From: Escherichia phage T1
Strand: one strand, 5' to 3'
Sequence record: NC_005833.1
DNA length: 48,836 nucleotides
Shown here: piece after piece, positions 36,525 to 44,516 of the stretch
Numbering within the stretch: position 1 is the stretch's first letter
Layout of the letters: each line of letters begins with the position of its first letter
Notes under the pieces: model-generated
What the model was told of the DNA's origin: nothing
Databases searched by the model: none
The model's input: the letters and a program-made list of their open reading frames with translations, nothing else
Translations under genes and position numbers: made by a program

Positions 36525-38543
36525 GTGACAATGAACATTAAAAAACAGATTGCATTACTTGGCGATGACTATATAAAGAGAACTCAGGAGCGATTTACTG
36601 TTGGTGAGGTTGTTCCTTATCCGTACCAGGTTGTTGCTTATGCCGAGATCGCGAAACGCCTATCAAATTACGAGCATCCATTCTTCGTTAAAGCGTCTGT
36701 ATCCGCAGGTAAGACAATCATCTTCGCTATGGTGGCAAAGCAGTGTCAGAAAATGGGCTTAAAAATGCTTGTCCTGGCTCGTCAGGGTGAGATTGTCGAT
36801 CAGGATAGCGAAGAGATCGACAACTTCGGGGTAACGAACTCCATCTTCTCAGCGTCACTTGGAATCAAGTCCTGCTACTTCCCGATCGTGGTTGGCTCAG
36901 AGGGTACTGTTGCAAATGGCCTCGACAATGAGTTAGCTGATTTCGTCCCGCATGTAATTGGGATCGACGAATGTCACCAGGTGGATTGGGAAGACCTTGC
37001 GCAAGCCATCGAGGGTAAGGAAACAATGGAACAAATGAGGGGCGAGAAAGGGAAAATTATCATGGACGGAGATATTCCCCTGATTGGTAATGATGGAAAG
37101 CCTTTGCTTGGAACTAAGCGCAGTCAGTACACGATCGTAATCATGGAAATGATGCGGCGCTGTAAAAAGGTTCACGGTCACGATCTCAGAATATTTGGTA
37201 TGACTGGATCTGAATTTCGTGGCGTAGTTCCTATTCTGGTAGAGAATCCGAAAGCATTGGGATTCTGGCGTGAGCGAGTAACTGATATCGACACAAACTA
37301 TCTGATTGAGTTCGGCTCTGTCGTTCCGACTATATTCGGATCAACAGACGGAGTTCATTACGATCTTGATAAGTTCAAGGCGTCTAGCGAGGACGGAGTG
37401 CAGGACTTTACAGAGAAAGACATGAAGGCTATGGAAGATGAGATCCTTCATGATAAATCTCTGACTCAGCGAATCATGCAAATGGTCGCCAAAAAGGCAG
37501 AAGAACGCAATGCGGTCCTGATTACATGTGCTGGTGTGCGCCACTGCAAAGAGGCAGCGGCAGCACTTCCTCCGGGAAGCACCTATGCAATTATTACTGG
37601 CGACACAGACAACAAAGCGCGCAAGAAGATTCTTGACGATGTAAGGGCCGGAAAAATTAAATACACCTTTCAGGTAATGGCGCTCACTACTGGCGTTAAC
37701 GTTCCAAATTGGGATTTCAGTGTCATACTCCGCAAGATAGGATCGCTCACTCTGTTGATTCAACTTTTGGGTAGGGGTATGCGACTGCTTAAATCCTGGC
37801 AGGTTGCTGAAGGAATGGTTAAGCAGGACCATCTGGTATGGGATTTTGCAGGTACGATGGATGAGCTGGGTCAGCTTTATTTCGATCCGATACTTGAGCA
37901 GGCGCAATTCCAGAAGCGTTTTGAAAACGGCAAAGATCCGAAAACATGTCCGAAATGCGGTTGCGTAAATAGCTTCTATGCTCGACGATGCGTTAATGTC
38001 ATTGATGGTGAGCGTTGCGATCATTTCTGGACTTCTCAGATTTGTGAGGACCAGGTTGACGAGCGAACCGGGAAAATCCTTGTTAAAGGATGCGGTGCAG
38101 AGAATGACGTTGTTGCGCGAGTCTGTCGTTGTTGTGATGCTTCTCTTGTCGATCCTAACCTGAAGTTATCCGGTAAGGCGTACACCAAGAATGACTGGTA
38201 TGAAGTAAAGAATTTTGAGGTTACGCTAACCAAAAACCAGAAAGGCATAATATACAAATACACTCTGATTAACGACGATGGTGATGAGTTCAAGGCGTAT
38301 GAAAAATTCTTCCCCGAGTCTGACTCTAAGATTTGCGGTACGCTATGGAAAACTAAAGGTGTACTTCCTCATGTGTCAGATCCTAAAATGCGCCGCTACT
38401 TTATCGGAATGAAGAACGCCATCAAGATTTTGCAATACTCACATCATATTGCTCACCCGGTGCGCGTAACTCATCGTCGCAACCAGAAGAAAGAAGATAT
38501 CATCTCACGCAAAGACTTCGGTATGGAGGATATCCCGGAATGA
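36525..38543 (+). CDS. SF2 DNA helicase (DEAH-type) with C-terminal zinc-ribbon
   Basis: Walker A SVSAGKT, motif II IGIDECH; C-terminal CPKCGC..CRCCD cysteine clusters. Confidence 0.8.
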   Translation: MTMNIKKQIALLGDDYIKRTQERFTVGEVVPYPYQVVAYAEIAKRLSNYEHPFFVKASVSAGKTIIFAMVAKQCQKMGLKMLVLARQGEIVDQDSEEIDNFGVTNSIFSASLGIKSCYFPIVVGSEGTVANGLDNELADFVPHVIGIDECHQVDWEDLAQAIEGKETMEQMRGEKGKIIMDGDIPLIGNDGKPLLGTKRSQYTIVIMEMMRRCKKVHGHDLRIFGMTGSEFRGVVPILVENPKALGFWRERVTDIDTNYLIEFGSVVPTIFGSTDGVHYDLDKFKASSEDGVQDFTEKDMKAMEDEILHDKSLTQRIMQMVAKKAEERNAVLITCAGVRHCKEAAAALPPGSTYAIITGDTDNKARKKILDDVRAGKIKYTFQVMALTTGVNVPNWDFSVILRKIGSLTLLIQLLGRGMRLLKSWQVAEGMVKQDHLVWDFAGTMDELGQLYFDPILEQAQFQKRFENGKDPKTCPKCGCVNSFYARRCVNVIDGERCDHFWTSQICEDQVDERTGKILVKGCGAENDVVARVCRCCDASLVDPNLKLSGKAYTKNDWYEVKNFEVTLTKNQKGIIYKYTLINDDGDEFKAYEKFFPESDSKICGTLWKTKGVLPHVSDPKMRRYFIGMKNAIKILQYSHHIAHPVRVTHRRNQKKEDIISRKDFGMEDIPE

Positions 38544-38956
38544 TTACAGACAAAGGTGATTATTTAGAATTTTACGAGAGAGACACAAGCGACACTCGAA
38601 AGGAGGATGCTCATCAGGTGGATTGTGTATCTTGGCTGAAATACAATTTTCCTCACCTTCTATTTTGGCACACTGTCAATGAAGGTGAAAAAACAATCAC
38701 ATCGGCGCTCAGGGATGAGCAGGCAGGATTACTTAAAGGCGTGTCAGACTTCGTTATCCTGATTGGTGTTAACTCACGATACCCGTTTGCAGCAATCGAA
38801 CTTAAGCGGGTTAATAAGTCAGGCAAAGGAAAGGCGTCACCAGTCAGCGACAAGCAAAGGGAATTTCTCCAAAAGGTCCGGGAGCGTGGCGGCTTCTCTG
38901 CCGTCGCATACGGATTCGGGCAATTCAAGATCGCAATTTACGAAATGATGAAATAG
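38540..38956 (+). CDS. VRR-NUC domain nuclease
   Basis: SWL, GVSDFVIL, AAIELKR, SDKQREFL, GGFSAVA motif order typical of VRR-NUC PD-(D/E)XK nucleases; ATGA overlap with helicase. Confidence 0.65.
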   Translation: MITDKGDYLEFYERDTSDTRKEDAHQVDCVSWLKYNFPHLLFWHTVNEGEKTITSALRDEQAGLLKGVSDFVILIGVNSRYPFAAIELKRVNKSGKGKASPVSDKQREFLQKVRERGGFSAVAYGFGQFKIAIYEMMK

Positions 38957-39000
38957 CACTTTTTGTTAAAACTGCCGGGATGGAATCTGGCATTATTATC
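38953..39000 (+). promoter_or_regulatory. conserved box-hairpin element upstream of dam
   Basis: ATAGCACTTTTTGTTAAAAC; TTGTTA 38963-38968; 22-nt spacer; CATTAT 38991-38996. Confidence 0.55.
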
Positions 39001-39023
39001 TCACCAAAACGAGAGGAATAAAA

Positions 39024-39737
39024 ATGAAAGACTTTAATGATATCGAAACTATCGACTTTGCAGAAACTGGTTGCTCATTCACTCGCGAAGCAATAGCATC
39101 AGGCGGTTATTATCAGGCATTGAAAACGCCAACCTGTAAAGAGATTTCAGGGCGTCGATACAAGGGGACAAATACCCCTGACGCTGTTCGTGATTTATGG
39201 TCAACTCCGCGAGAGGTTATTGCATACCTTGAGGGTCGTTATGGGAAATATGATCTCGACGCTGCGGCAAGCGAAGAAAATAAAGTTTGCGAGAAGTTTT
39301 ACTCTCAGGAAACAAACTGCTTAAAACGTTGGTGGGGAAAGAATAAGCACGTTTGGTTAAATCCTCCTTATAGCCGACCTGATATATTTGTCAAGAAGGC
39401 CATTGAGCAAATGGAGCACAACAATCAGATCGATATGCTTTTACCTGCAGATAACTCTACTGCGTGGTTTACTGAAGCGCGGCAGAACGCAGCTGAAATA
39501 ATCTGGATTGAAGCGGACTTGACTGAGGATATTGACGGCAATGAATACGCACGATCCGGTCGCCTGGCTTTCATATCCGGTGAAACTGGAAAGGCCGTAG
39601 ACGGTAATAACAAAGGTTCGGTAATTTTTATTATGCGCGAACTTAAAGAAGGTGAGGTGCAACAGACTCACTACATCCCAATCACAAGCATTTGCCCTTC
39701 GGTGAAAAACAAACGAGCAAAGGTGAGGAAAGTATGA
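39024..39737 (+). CDS. dam: DNA N6-adenine methyltransferase (Dam-type)
   Basis: NPPY catalytic motif (WLNPPYS); size and context typical of phage Dam. Confidence 0.75.
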   Translation: MKDFNDIETIDFAETGCSFTREAIASGGYYQALKTPTCKEISGRRYKGTNTPDAVRDLWSTPREVIAYLEGRYGKYDLDAAASEENKVCEKFYSQETNCLKRWWGKNKHVWLNPPYSRPDIFVKKAIEQMEHNNQIDMLLPADNSTAWFTEARQNAAEIIWIEADLTEDIDGNEYARSGRLAFISGETGKAVDGNNKGSVIFIMRELKEGEVQQTHYIPITSICPSVKNKRAKVRKV

Positions 39738-39985
39738 TGAGCGAAAAAATGGTTCCTGTTAAATTAACTGAGCAAGGTTTATGGCTACTTTATCGAGCTA
39801 CGTGCTGCGAAATTATGGAGCGAAACGGATTGACTCAGGATGTTATTGGTTGCGATCTGTGGGAGTTCACTAGTTCTCTTGATATGTCTTTCGATGAGAT
39901 AAAAAATGAATACATAGAGAACTGGCCTTCAATCATACAGAAAGACGTGGAAGAACTTAAAGCTGATACAATCGTACAGCACTAA
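39734..39985 (+). CDS. hypothetical protein (83 aa)
   Basis: Track ORF 39692..39985; start refined to ATG 39734 (ATGA overlap with dam). Confidence 0.4.
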   Translation: MMSEKMVPVKLTEQGLWLLYRATCCEIMERNGLTQDVIGCDLWEFTSSLDMSFDEIKNEYIENWPSIIQKDVEELKADTIVQH

Positions 39986-40030
39986 TTGCTAAAACTACCC
40001 GGCGAAAGTCGGGTATAGTTATTTCATAGA
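39975..40030 (+). promoter_or_regulatory. conserved box-hairpin element (variant ACAGCAC)
   Basis: TTGCTA 39986-39991; 22-nt spacer; TATAGT 40014-40019; CCCGGCGAAAGTCGGG inverted repeat. Confidence 0.55.
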
Positions 40031-40051
40031 AACGAAATGAGGAATCAGAAG

Positions 40052-40261
40052 ATGGCACGCATTAACGCAAACTTTTTCAATATCGCTCAGCAGTCCGCAA
40101 AAATGGCTGTTCATATTACGAACAAGCAAGGCGGCAACTTCGATTGGGATATTGCTATGAACTTCCTTAAAATGTCTTATTACCGTTGCTCAGTTGAAGA
40201 AGTCGAAGGCTTCATCTCTGACGTGGAGAAATTAACTAATGCTGATAAAAAAGCAAGGTAA
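40052..40261 (+). CDS. hypothetical protein (about 69 aa)
   Basis: Track ORF 40037..40261; start refined to ATG 40052 after GAGGAA; preceded by box-hairpin element. Confidence 0.4.
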   Translation: MARINANFFNIAQQSAKMAVHITNKQGGNFDWDIAMNFLKMSYYRCSVEEVEGFISDVEKLTNADKKAR

Positions 40262-40511
40262 GCGCGAAGTGTGGGAGCACGCAAAGGAATGCGGCATCTC
40301 AGACGATATAGCATTAATTGCTAAATACTTTGATATAAAGGATGTTAGCATTATATCAAACGGCAAGATTTCATTTATGGAAGGTATGCCGAGAAAAATG
40401 CAAAGAGTTCCAGCCACTCCATCACTTGAGTTTTACCGCGAAGAGGGAAAGAGAATTGAGCGAGAAAGAAAATCCACAAAAAACGGCAAGTCTTCCCGGC
40501 TTAAATATTAA
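40239..40511 (+). CDS. hypothetical protein (90 aa)
   Basis: Track ORF; overlaps next ORF in another frame. Confidence 0.3.
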   Translation: MLIKKQGKREVWEHAKECGISDDIALIAKYFDIKDVSIISNGKISFMEGMPRKMQRVPATPSLEFYREEGKRIERERKSTKNGKSSRLKY

Positions 40512-40743
40512 TGCGGACGAATACCAGGCAATATGGATCGGGAAAAAGCAGGTTAAGCAAATCCCTTTCTCTGACTGGTTGCCACCTGACTTTGTTAATG
40601 TGCTTTGCACTATCGGTATTGAGCAGGAGTTGCATATAGGTTACTACTCACCTGGCCGAAACAGTATGATGCTTGAGGTTGACGGAAAGCTCGTTGAGTT
40701 TAAATCTTCAGATCTAGGATTCTGGTTAAAGGCTGTGGCATGA
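40342..40743 (+). CDS. hypothetical protein; start uncertain (possible TTG at 40456 after AAGAGGGA)
   Basis: Track ORF overlapping 40239..40511 by about 170 nt; no in-frame ATG near end of upstream ORF. Confidence 0.3.
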   Translation: MLALYQTARFHLWKVCREKCKEFQPLHHLSFTAKRERELSEKENPQKTASLPGLNINADEYQAIWIGKKQVKQIPFSDWLPPDFVNVLCTIGIEQELHIGYYSPGRNSMMLEVDGKLVEFKSSDLGFWLKAVA

Positions 40744-40821
40744 AACTTTATTTTGCTGTAGTATTAACACCGCTAATTTCATTTTCAGTAATGTATTTCA
40801 TTATCATGTAAGGATTAAAAT

Positions 40822-41955
40822 ATGTCACAAGCTAAAATCACTACCGAGCAACTTATCGAAGAGCGCATGAGCGGCCTGACACTTCGCGAGATCGCGGAAA
40901 AGTACGGTATGCACATTCGCACTGTCGAGGCGCGTCACGCAAAACTTGCAAAAGAAGGCCACTTCCACGGCAACGAGCATGTTGCTAAGATGGTTCCGGA
41001 AGGCTTCATGGTAAAAGGCACGTCAACCATGATTGACGCGGAAGGTAACGAGAAGATTCGTTGGGTTAAGACATCAGTTGATAATGAGCGCCTTGAGGTT
41101 CTAATGGAAAAAGCGCGTGAAGCATTCTGTTCAGAGTTGCCTAAGGCTATTCCATCTGAATCACCTGACGTTAGTTTTGATGAAGACACGCTTGCGATGT
41201 ATCCAGTTTTTGATTTGCACATTGGTGCTCTTGCTCACAAACATGAGTGCGGCGAAAACTACGACACAGCGACAGCAGAGAAGGTTATGAATGGGTTCTT
41301 TGACTACGCTGTAGATAAGGCGCCAAACTCAAAGAATGCCGTATTGGTATTGGGTGGCGATTTCCTACATTACGACTCTTTGGAGTCTAAGACTCCAGCG
41401 TCAGGCCATTACTTAGATTCTGACAGTCGTTACGCTAAGCTTGTTTATGTCGCAATCCGATCAGTACGACGCGCAGTCTCTCGAATGCTGGAGAAGCACC
41501 AAGTTATTGATATTAAAGCAATAAGTGGGAATCACGACGAATCAGGGATGGTTTGGTTGCGCGCTGCGCTTGCTGCATTTTATGAAGATGAGCCGCGCGT
41601 AAATGTTGATGTTAGCCCTGCCGCAATGATGATGACCAGCTTTGGTAAGACCCTTATTGGATACACTCACGGGCATCAAATGCGAAAAGCAGATACTCGA
41701 CTAAGTGTTATGGCAACTGATTTTCGTAAGTTGTTTGGTCAAAGTGATTACGTTTACACGCATAGCGGTCACTGGCACAGTCAAAAGATTACAGAAACAA
41801 ACTTGGGTATTGATGAGGTTCATGGTCAGCTTGGAAGTCCTGACGCATACTCTGCCAATGGCGGTTGGAGGTCTCAGCGTCAAGCTGCTGTGATTGTCTA
41901 TCACAAGGAATTTGGTGAGGTTGGACGATTCATTTGTCGACCTGAAATGTTCTAA
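40822..41955 (+). CDS. HTH domain fused to calcineurin-like metallophosphoesterase
   Basis: N-terminal HTH-like LTLREIAEKYGMHIRTV; C-terminal GGDFLHYD and ISGNHDE metallophosphatase motifs. Confidence 0.6.
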   Translation: MSQAKITTEQLIEERMSGLTLREIAEKYGMHIRTVEARHAKLAKEGHFHGNEHVAKMVPEGFMVKGTSTMIDAEGNEKIRWVKTSVDNERLEVLMEKAREAFCSELPKAIPSESPDVSFDEDTLAMYPVFDLHIGALAHKHECGENYDTATAEKVMNGFFDYAVDKAPNSKNAVLVLGGDFLHYDSLESKTPASGHYLDSDSRYAKLVYVAIRSVRRAVSRMLEKHQVIDIKAISGNHDESGMVWLRAALAAFYEDEPRVNVDVSPAAMMMTSFGKTLIGYTHGHQMRKADTRLSVMATDFRKLFGQSDYVYTHSGHWHSQKITETNLGIDEVHGQLGSPDAYSANGGWRSQRQAAVIVYHKEFGEVGRFICRPEMF

Positions 41956-42010
41956 ATAGCACCTTTTGTTAAAACAGTACCCGCGAAAGCGGGTATTATT
42001 GTTTTATAGA
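41956..42010 (+). promoter_or_regulatory. conserved box-hairpin element upstream of HNH gene
   Basis: ATAGCACCTTTTGTTAAAAC; TTGTTA 41966-41971; 22-nt spacer; TATTAT 41994-41999; CCCGCGAAAGCGGG inverted repeat. Confidence 0.55.
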
Positions 42011-42027
42011 AACAAGAGGAGATTGCA

Positions 42028-42510
42028 ATGAACTGGCACGAGCATTACGAATATAGGGATGGTGTTCTATATCACAAGGTAAAGCCATGCAGAAGGCATG
42101 ATGTAAATATTGGGGATGTTGCTGGAAGGGTTGCCAAAAACGGCTATCACTATGTTGTTCACAAGAACAGGCCGTATAAGAGATCTCGAGTTATATGGGA
42201 GATGTTTAATGGTGAGATACCAGATGGTTTTGTTATAGATCATCTGAATCACAATGCCACCGATGATAGGATCGATAACCTTGAGTGTAAGCCAAGAAGA
42301 GAGAATATGGTTAATGTTAAGTTAAGGATTGATAGCACGACCGGAGTAACTGGCGTATCAAGAAAGAGGGATAACAAGTGGAGGGCGTACATAACAATTA
42401 TGGGTAAGCAGAAGTGCAAGAGCTTTGACACGTTTGAGGAAGCTTGCGCGCAGAGGATTGAATGGTCAGTAACTCATGATTTTCACCCAAATCACGGTGG
42501 AACATACTAA
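42028..42510 (+). CDS. HNH homing endonuclease with AP2-like domain
   Basis: GEIPDGFVIDHLNHNATDDRIDNL HNH core, TGVTGVS..KWRAYI AP2-like segment; AGA/AGG/ATA-rich codons. Confidence 0.75.
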   Translation: MNWHEHYEYRDGVLYHKVKPCRRHDVNIGDVAGRVAKNGYHYVVHKNRPYKRSRVIWEMFNGEIPDGFVIDHLNHNATDDRIDNLECKPRRENMVNVKLRIDSTTGVTGVSRKRDNKWRAYITIMGKQKCKSFDTFEEACAQRIEWSVTHDFHPNHGGTY

Positions 42511-42560
42511 TAGCACCTTTTACCTAACCCGCGCCACAGAAGTGCGGCATAGTAACCACA
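42510..42560 (+). promoter_or_regulatory. diverged box-hairpin element
   Basis: ATAGCACCTTTTACCTAA; 22-nt spacer; CATAGT 42548-42553; CGCGCCACAGAAGTGCGGC region. Confidence 0.45.
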
Positions 42561-42582
42561 TCGAAAACAGAGATGCTATATC

Positions 42583-42759
42583 ATGAAGATAGTCAAGTGC
42601 ATCCGAAATGACTCCAAAACACTTCCATTCCGTGTAAATCAGATCTATAGTGTTGGTTATGATTTCGGTGGGGGATTATTTGAGATTTACGACGGGCGAG
42701 GTTCAGCAATCCAGACTCCTCTGAACGGTCACTACCTGGAATTTATTGAGATAGATTAA
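42583..42759 (+). CDS. small hypothetical protein (58 aa)
   Basis: Manual translation downstream of box element 42510-42560; weak RBS. Confidence 0.3.
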   Translation: MKIVKCIRNDSKTLPFRVNQIYSVGYDFGGGLFEIYDGRGSAIQTPLNGHYLEFIEID

Positions 42760-42877
42760 CAATAGCATTCATCACCTTACAGGCTGGCATGATTTACATG
42801 CTGGCCTTTTTGCGTTGTGTCAAATAAATTTGAAGGTTAAAATCGACTCACTTGTTCAAAAAATATATGGTGAGATT

Positions 42878-43093
42878 ATGAAAGAGTTTTTAACGGCTGC
42901 TACGTCAAGCACTGGCGGTGCTTCGTTGGTAGGGGCGGCGACAGGGCAACTTTATATTGCTGGCGCTACATTCATTTGCTTTCTGCTTTTTGGTGCCTGG
43001 GGAGCGTACTGGAAGTATCGTGATAGCAAGGCAATTCAGGAAGCGTTAAACGATGGCGATCTAAATAAGGCGCTTAAGATCAGGGGGAGATAA
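42878..43093 (+). CDS. holin (pinholin-like, two TMDs)
   Basis: Track ORF 42815..43093; start refined to ATG 42878; Gly/Ala/Ser/Thr-rich TMD1 then TMD2 [21 protein letters not shown]; immediately upstream of endolysin. Confidence 0.6.
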
Positions 43094-43581
43094 TGAGTTT
43101 AAAAAATAACGTTATAGGCGCATCAATCGGGGCCGCTTTGACGTTGACACCTACCCTACTGGAACGGATCGAAGGTATAGAATACGAGGTTTATTACGAT
43201 ATCGCCGGAGTCCCTACCGTATGCAGCGGAATAACCGGGCCTGACGTCATACCTGGTAAGAAATACACTAAGCGAGAATGCGATGCATTGCTGATAAAAC
43301 ATATCGGCGTCGCTCAGCGATACGTTGACAAGAAGGTTAAGGTTGACATTCCGGTAACTATGCGCGCATCACTGTATAGCTTCACTTTCAACGTTGGGAC
43401 TGGCGCTTTCGGATCGTCTACAATGCTTAAGCTAATCAATCAGCGCAAGCACAAAGAAGCGTGTAATCAGTTATGGCGATGGGTATACTACTACAACCCA
43501 AAAACCAAAAAGCGCGAAGTGTCGAGAGGGATCAAGAATCGGCGCGCTGAAGAATACGCATATTGCGTTAAGGAACTATAA
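43093..43581 (+). CDS. endolysin, GH24-type lysozyme with N-terminal SAR-like signal-anchor
   Basis: E-D-T catalytic pattern ..[26 protein letters not shown]..; N-terminal weakly hydrophobic [19 protein letters not shown]. Confidence 0.8.
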
Positions 43582-43982
43582 TGAAACTTAAGAAAACGTG
43601 CATTGCAATTACGGTTGCTGTTGGTGTGATTTCTCTATCCGGTTGTTCGACGGCATCTGCTCTGAGTGGTTTACTTTCTGACTCCCCGGATGTTACGGCG
43701 CAGGTTGGCGCTGAGAACACAAAACAACTAGCAGGAGTAACAGCAAAGGCGGATGATAAGCGAGAAGTGAAGGTGAGTGATTCAAATATTGGCAAGATTG
43801 ACTCATCCGTCAAGAAGTCCGTGGAGGTGTCAACCATTCAGGCCAACACGGTTAACGCTGAAAGCATCACAGTAACCAAATCTGGAAGCTGGTACGATCC
43901 TGTGGTTTGCTGGATTCTCGTTTTTATTGTCCTGTTGCTGTTTTATTTTTTAATTCGTAAGCACGAAAAAAAGGAGGCGTAA
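43581..43982 (+). CDS. unimolecular spanin (u-spanin)
   Basis: N-terminal lipoprotein signal with lipobox LSGC plus C-terminal TM helix CWILVFIVLLLFYFLI; last gene of lysis cassette. Confidence 0.7.
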   Translation: MKLKKTCIAITVAVGVISLSGCSTASALSGLLSDSPDVTAQVGAENTKQLAGVTAKADDKREVKVSDSNIGKIDSSVKKSVEVSTIQANTVNAESITVTKSGSWYDPVVCWILVFIVLLLFYFLIRKHEKKEA

Positions 43983-43998
43983 GCCTCCTTTCTTATTT
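43965..43998. terminator. bidirectional terminator between lysis cassette and convergent leftward operon
   Basis: A7 then AGGAGGC gtaa GCCTCCT then T-rich. Confidence 0.65.
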
Positions 43999-44104
43999 GT
44001 ACCTTTTGACGTGAAGTAGCAACTCCCCATCCTGATCGCAAAGATTGTGCTCACCGTCGTTATTGGCCCTCATCGAAGTGAGCAGTAGGCTAAGTAATCC
44101 TTGC

Positions 44105-44512
44105 TCAAATTCTTCTTTCGTAAGCTGGAGCCTTGCGCACAATTCGACGTTCCGATCTATCAATGTTTCTACGTTCGCCAAACAAGTCTTCATCACTCAT
44201 TTCTCCAATGTGCATCATTTCCCACGTATATCGATTGTTGTAGCCATCAATACACATCAGCTTCATCATTACCGGGCGCTTGATCTTTCCCTTGCACCAG
44301 TAAAATCCACCCTTGCAATCAAGATAACCCTCAGTCACGCAGCGTGCGCAAAACTCCTTAGACAGCGCGCTTGTAAATTCACGGCGAGTCATTCCGGCGG
44401 CCTTAGCAAATCGCTCACTTTCCTTGTGGGCGTATATAAATTTCGCTATGTGCTGTCGAGTGTATTTGTCGTAACCTTCGCAGAACCTGAACAGATCTAA
44501 AAGAAGAAGCAT
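44105..44512 (-). CDS. hypothetical protein (135 aa)
   Basis: Track reverse ORF downstream of P-loop NTPase gene; Cys-rich. Confidence 0.4.
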   Translation of the reverse strand: MLLLLDLFRFCEGYDKYTRQHIAKFIYAHKESERFAKAAGMTRREFTSALSKEFCARCVTEGYLDCKGGFYWCKGKIKRPVMMKLMCIDGYNNRYTWEMMHIGEMSDEDLFGERRNIDRSERRIVRKAPAYERRI

Positions 44513-44516
44513 ATTA

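Noticed and set aside
42770-42815. Apparent hairpin plus T-run (aggctggcatg..catgctggccttttt) as terminator after 42583 ORF
   Set aside because: The two arms are not reverse complements (GGCTGGCATG versus CATGCTGGCC); it is a near-direct repeat around a CATG palindrome.
44045-44500. Plus-strand track ORF 44045..44500 (151 aa)
   Set aside because: Lies antisense within the leftward operon beyond the bidirectional terminator at 43965-43998; no RBS; low-complexity Ser/Leu-rich translation.
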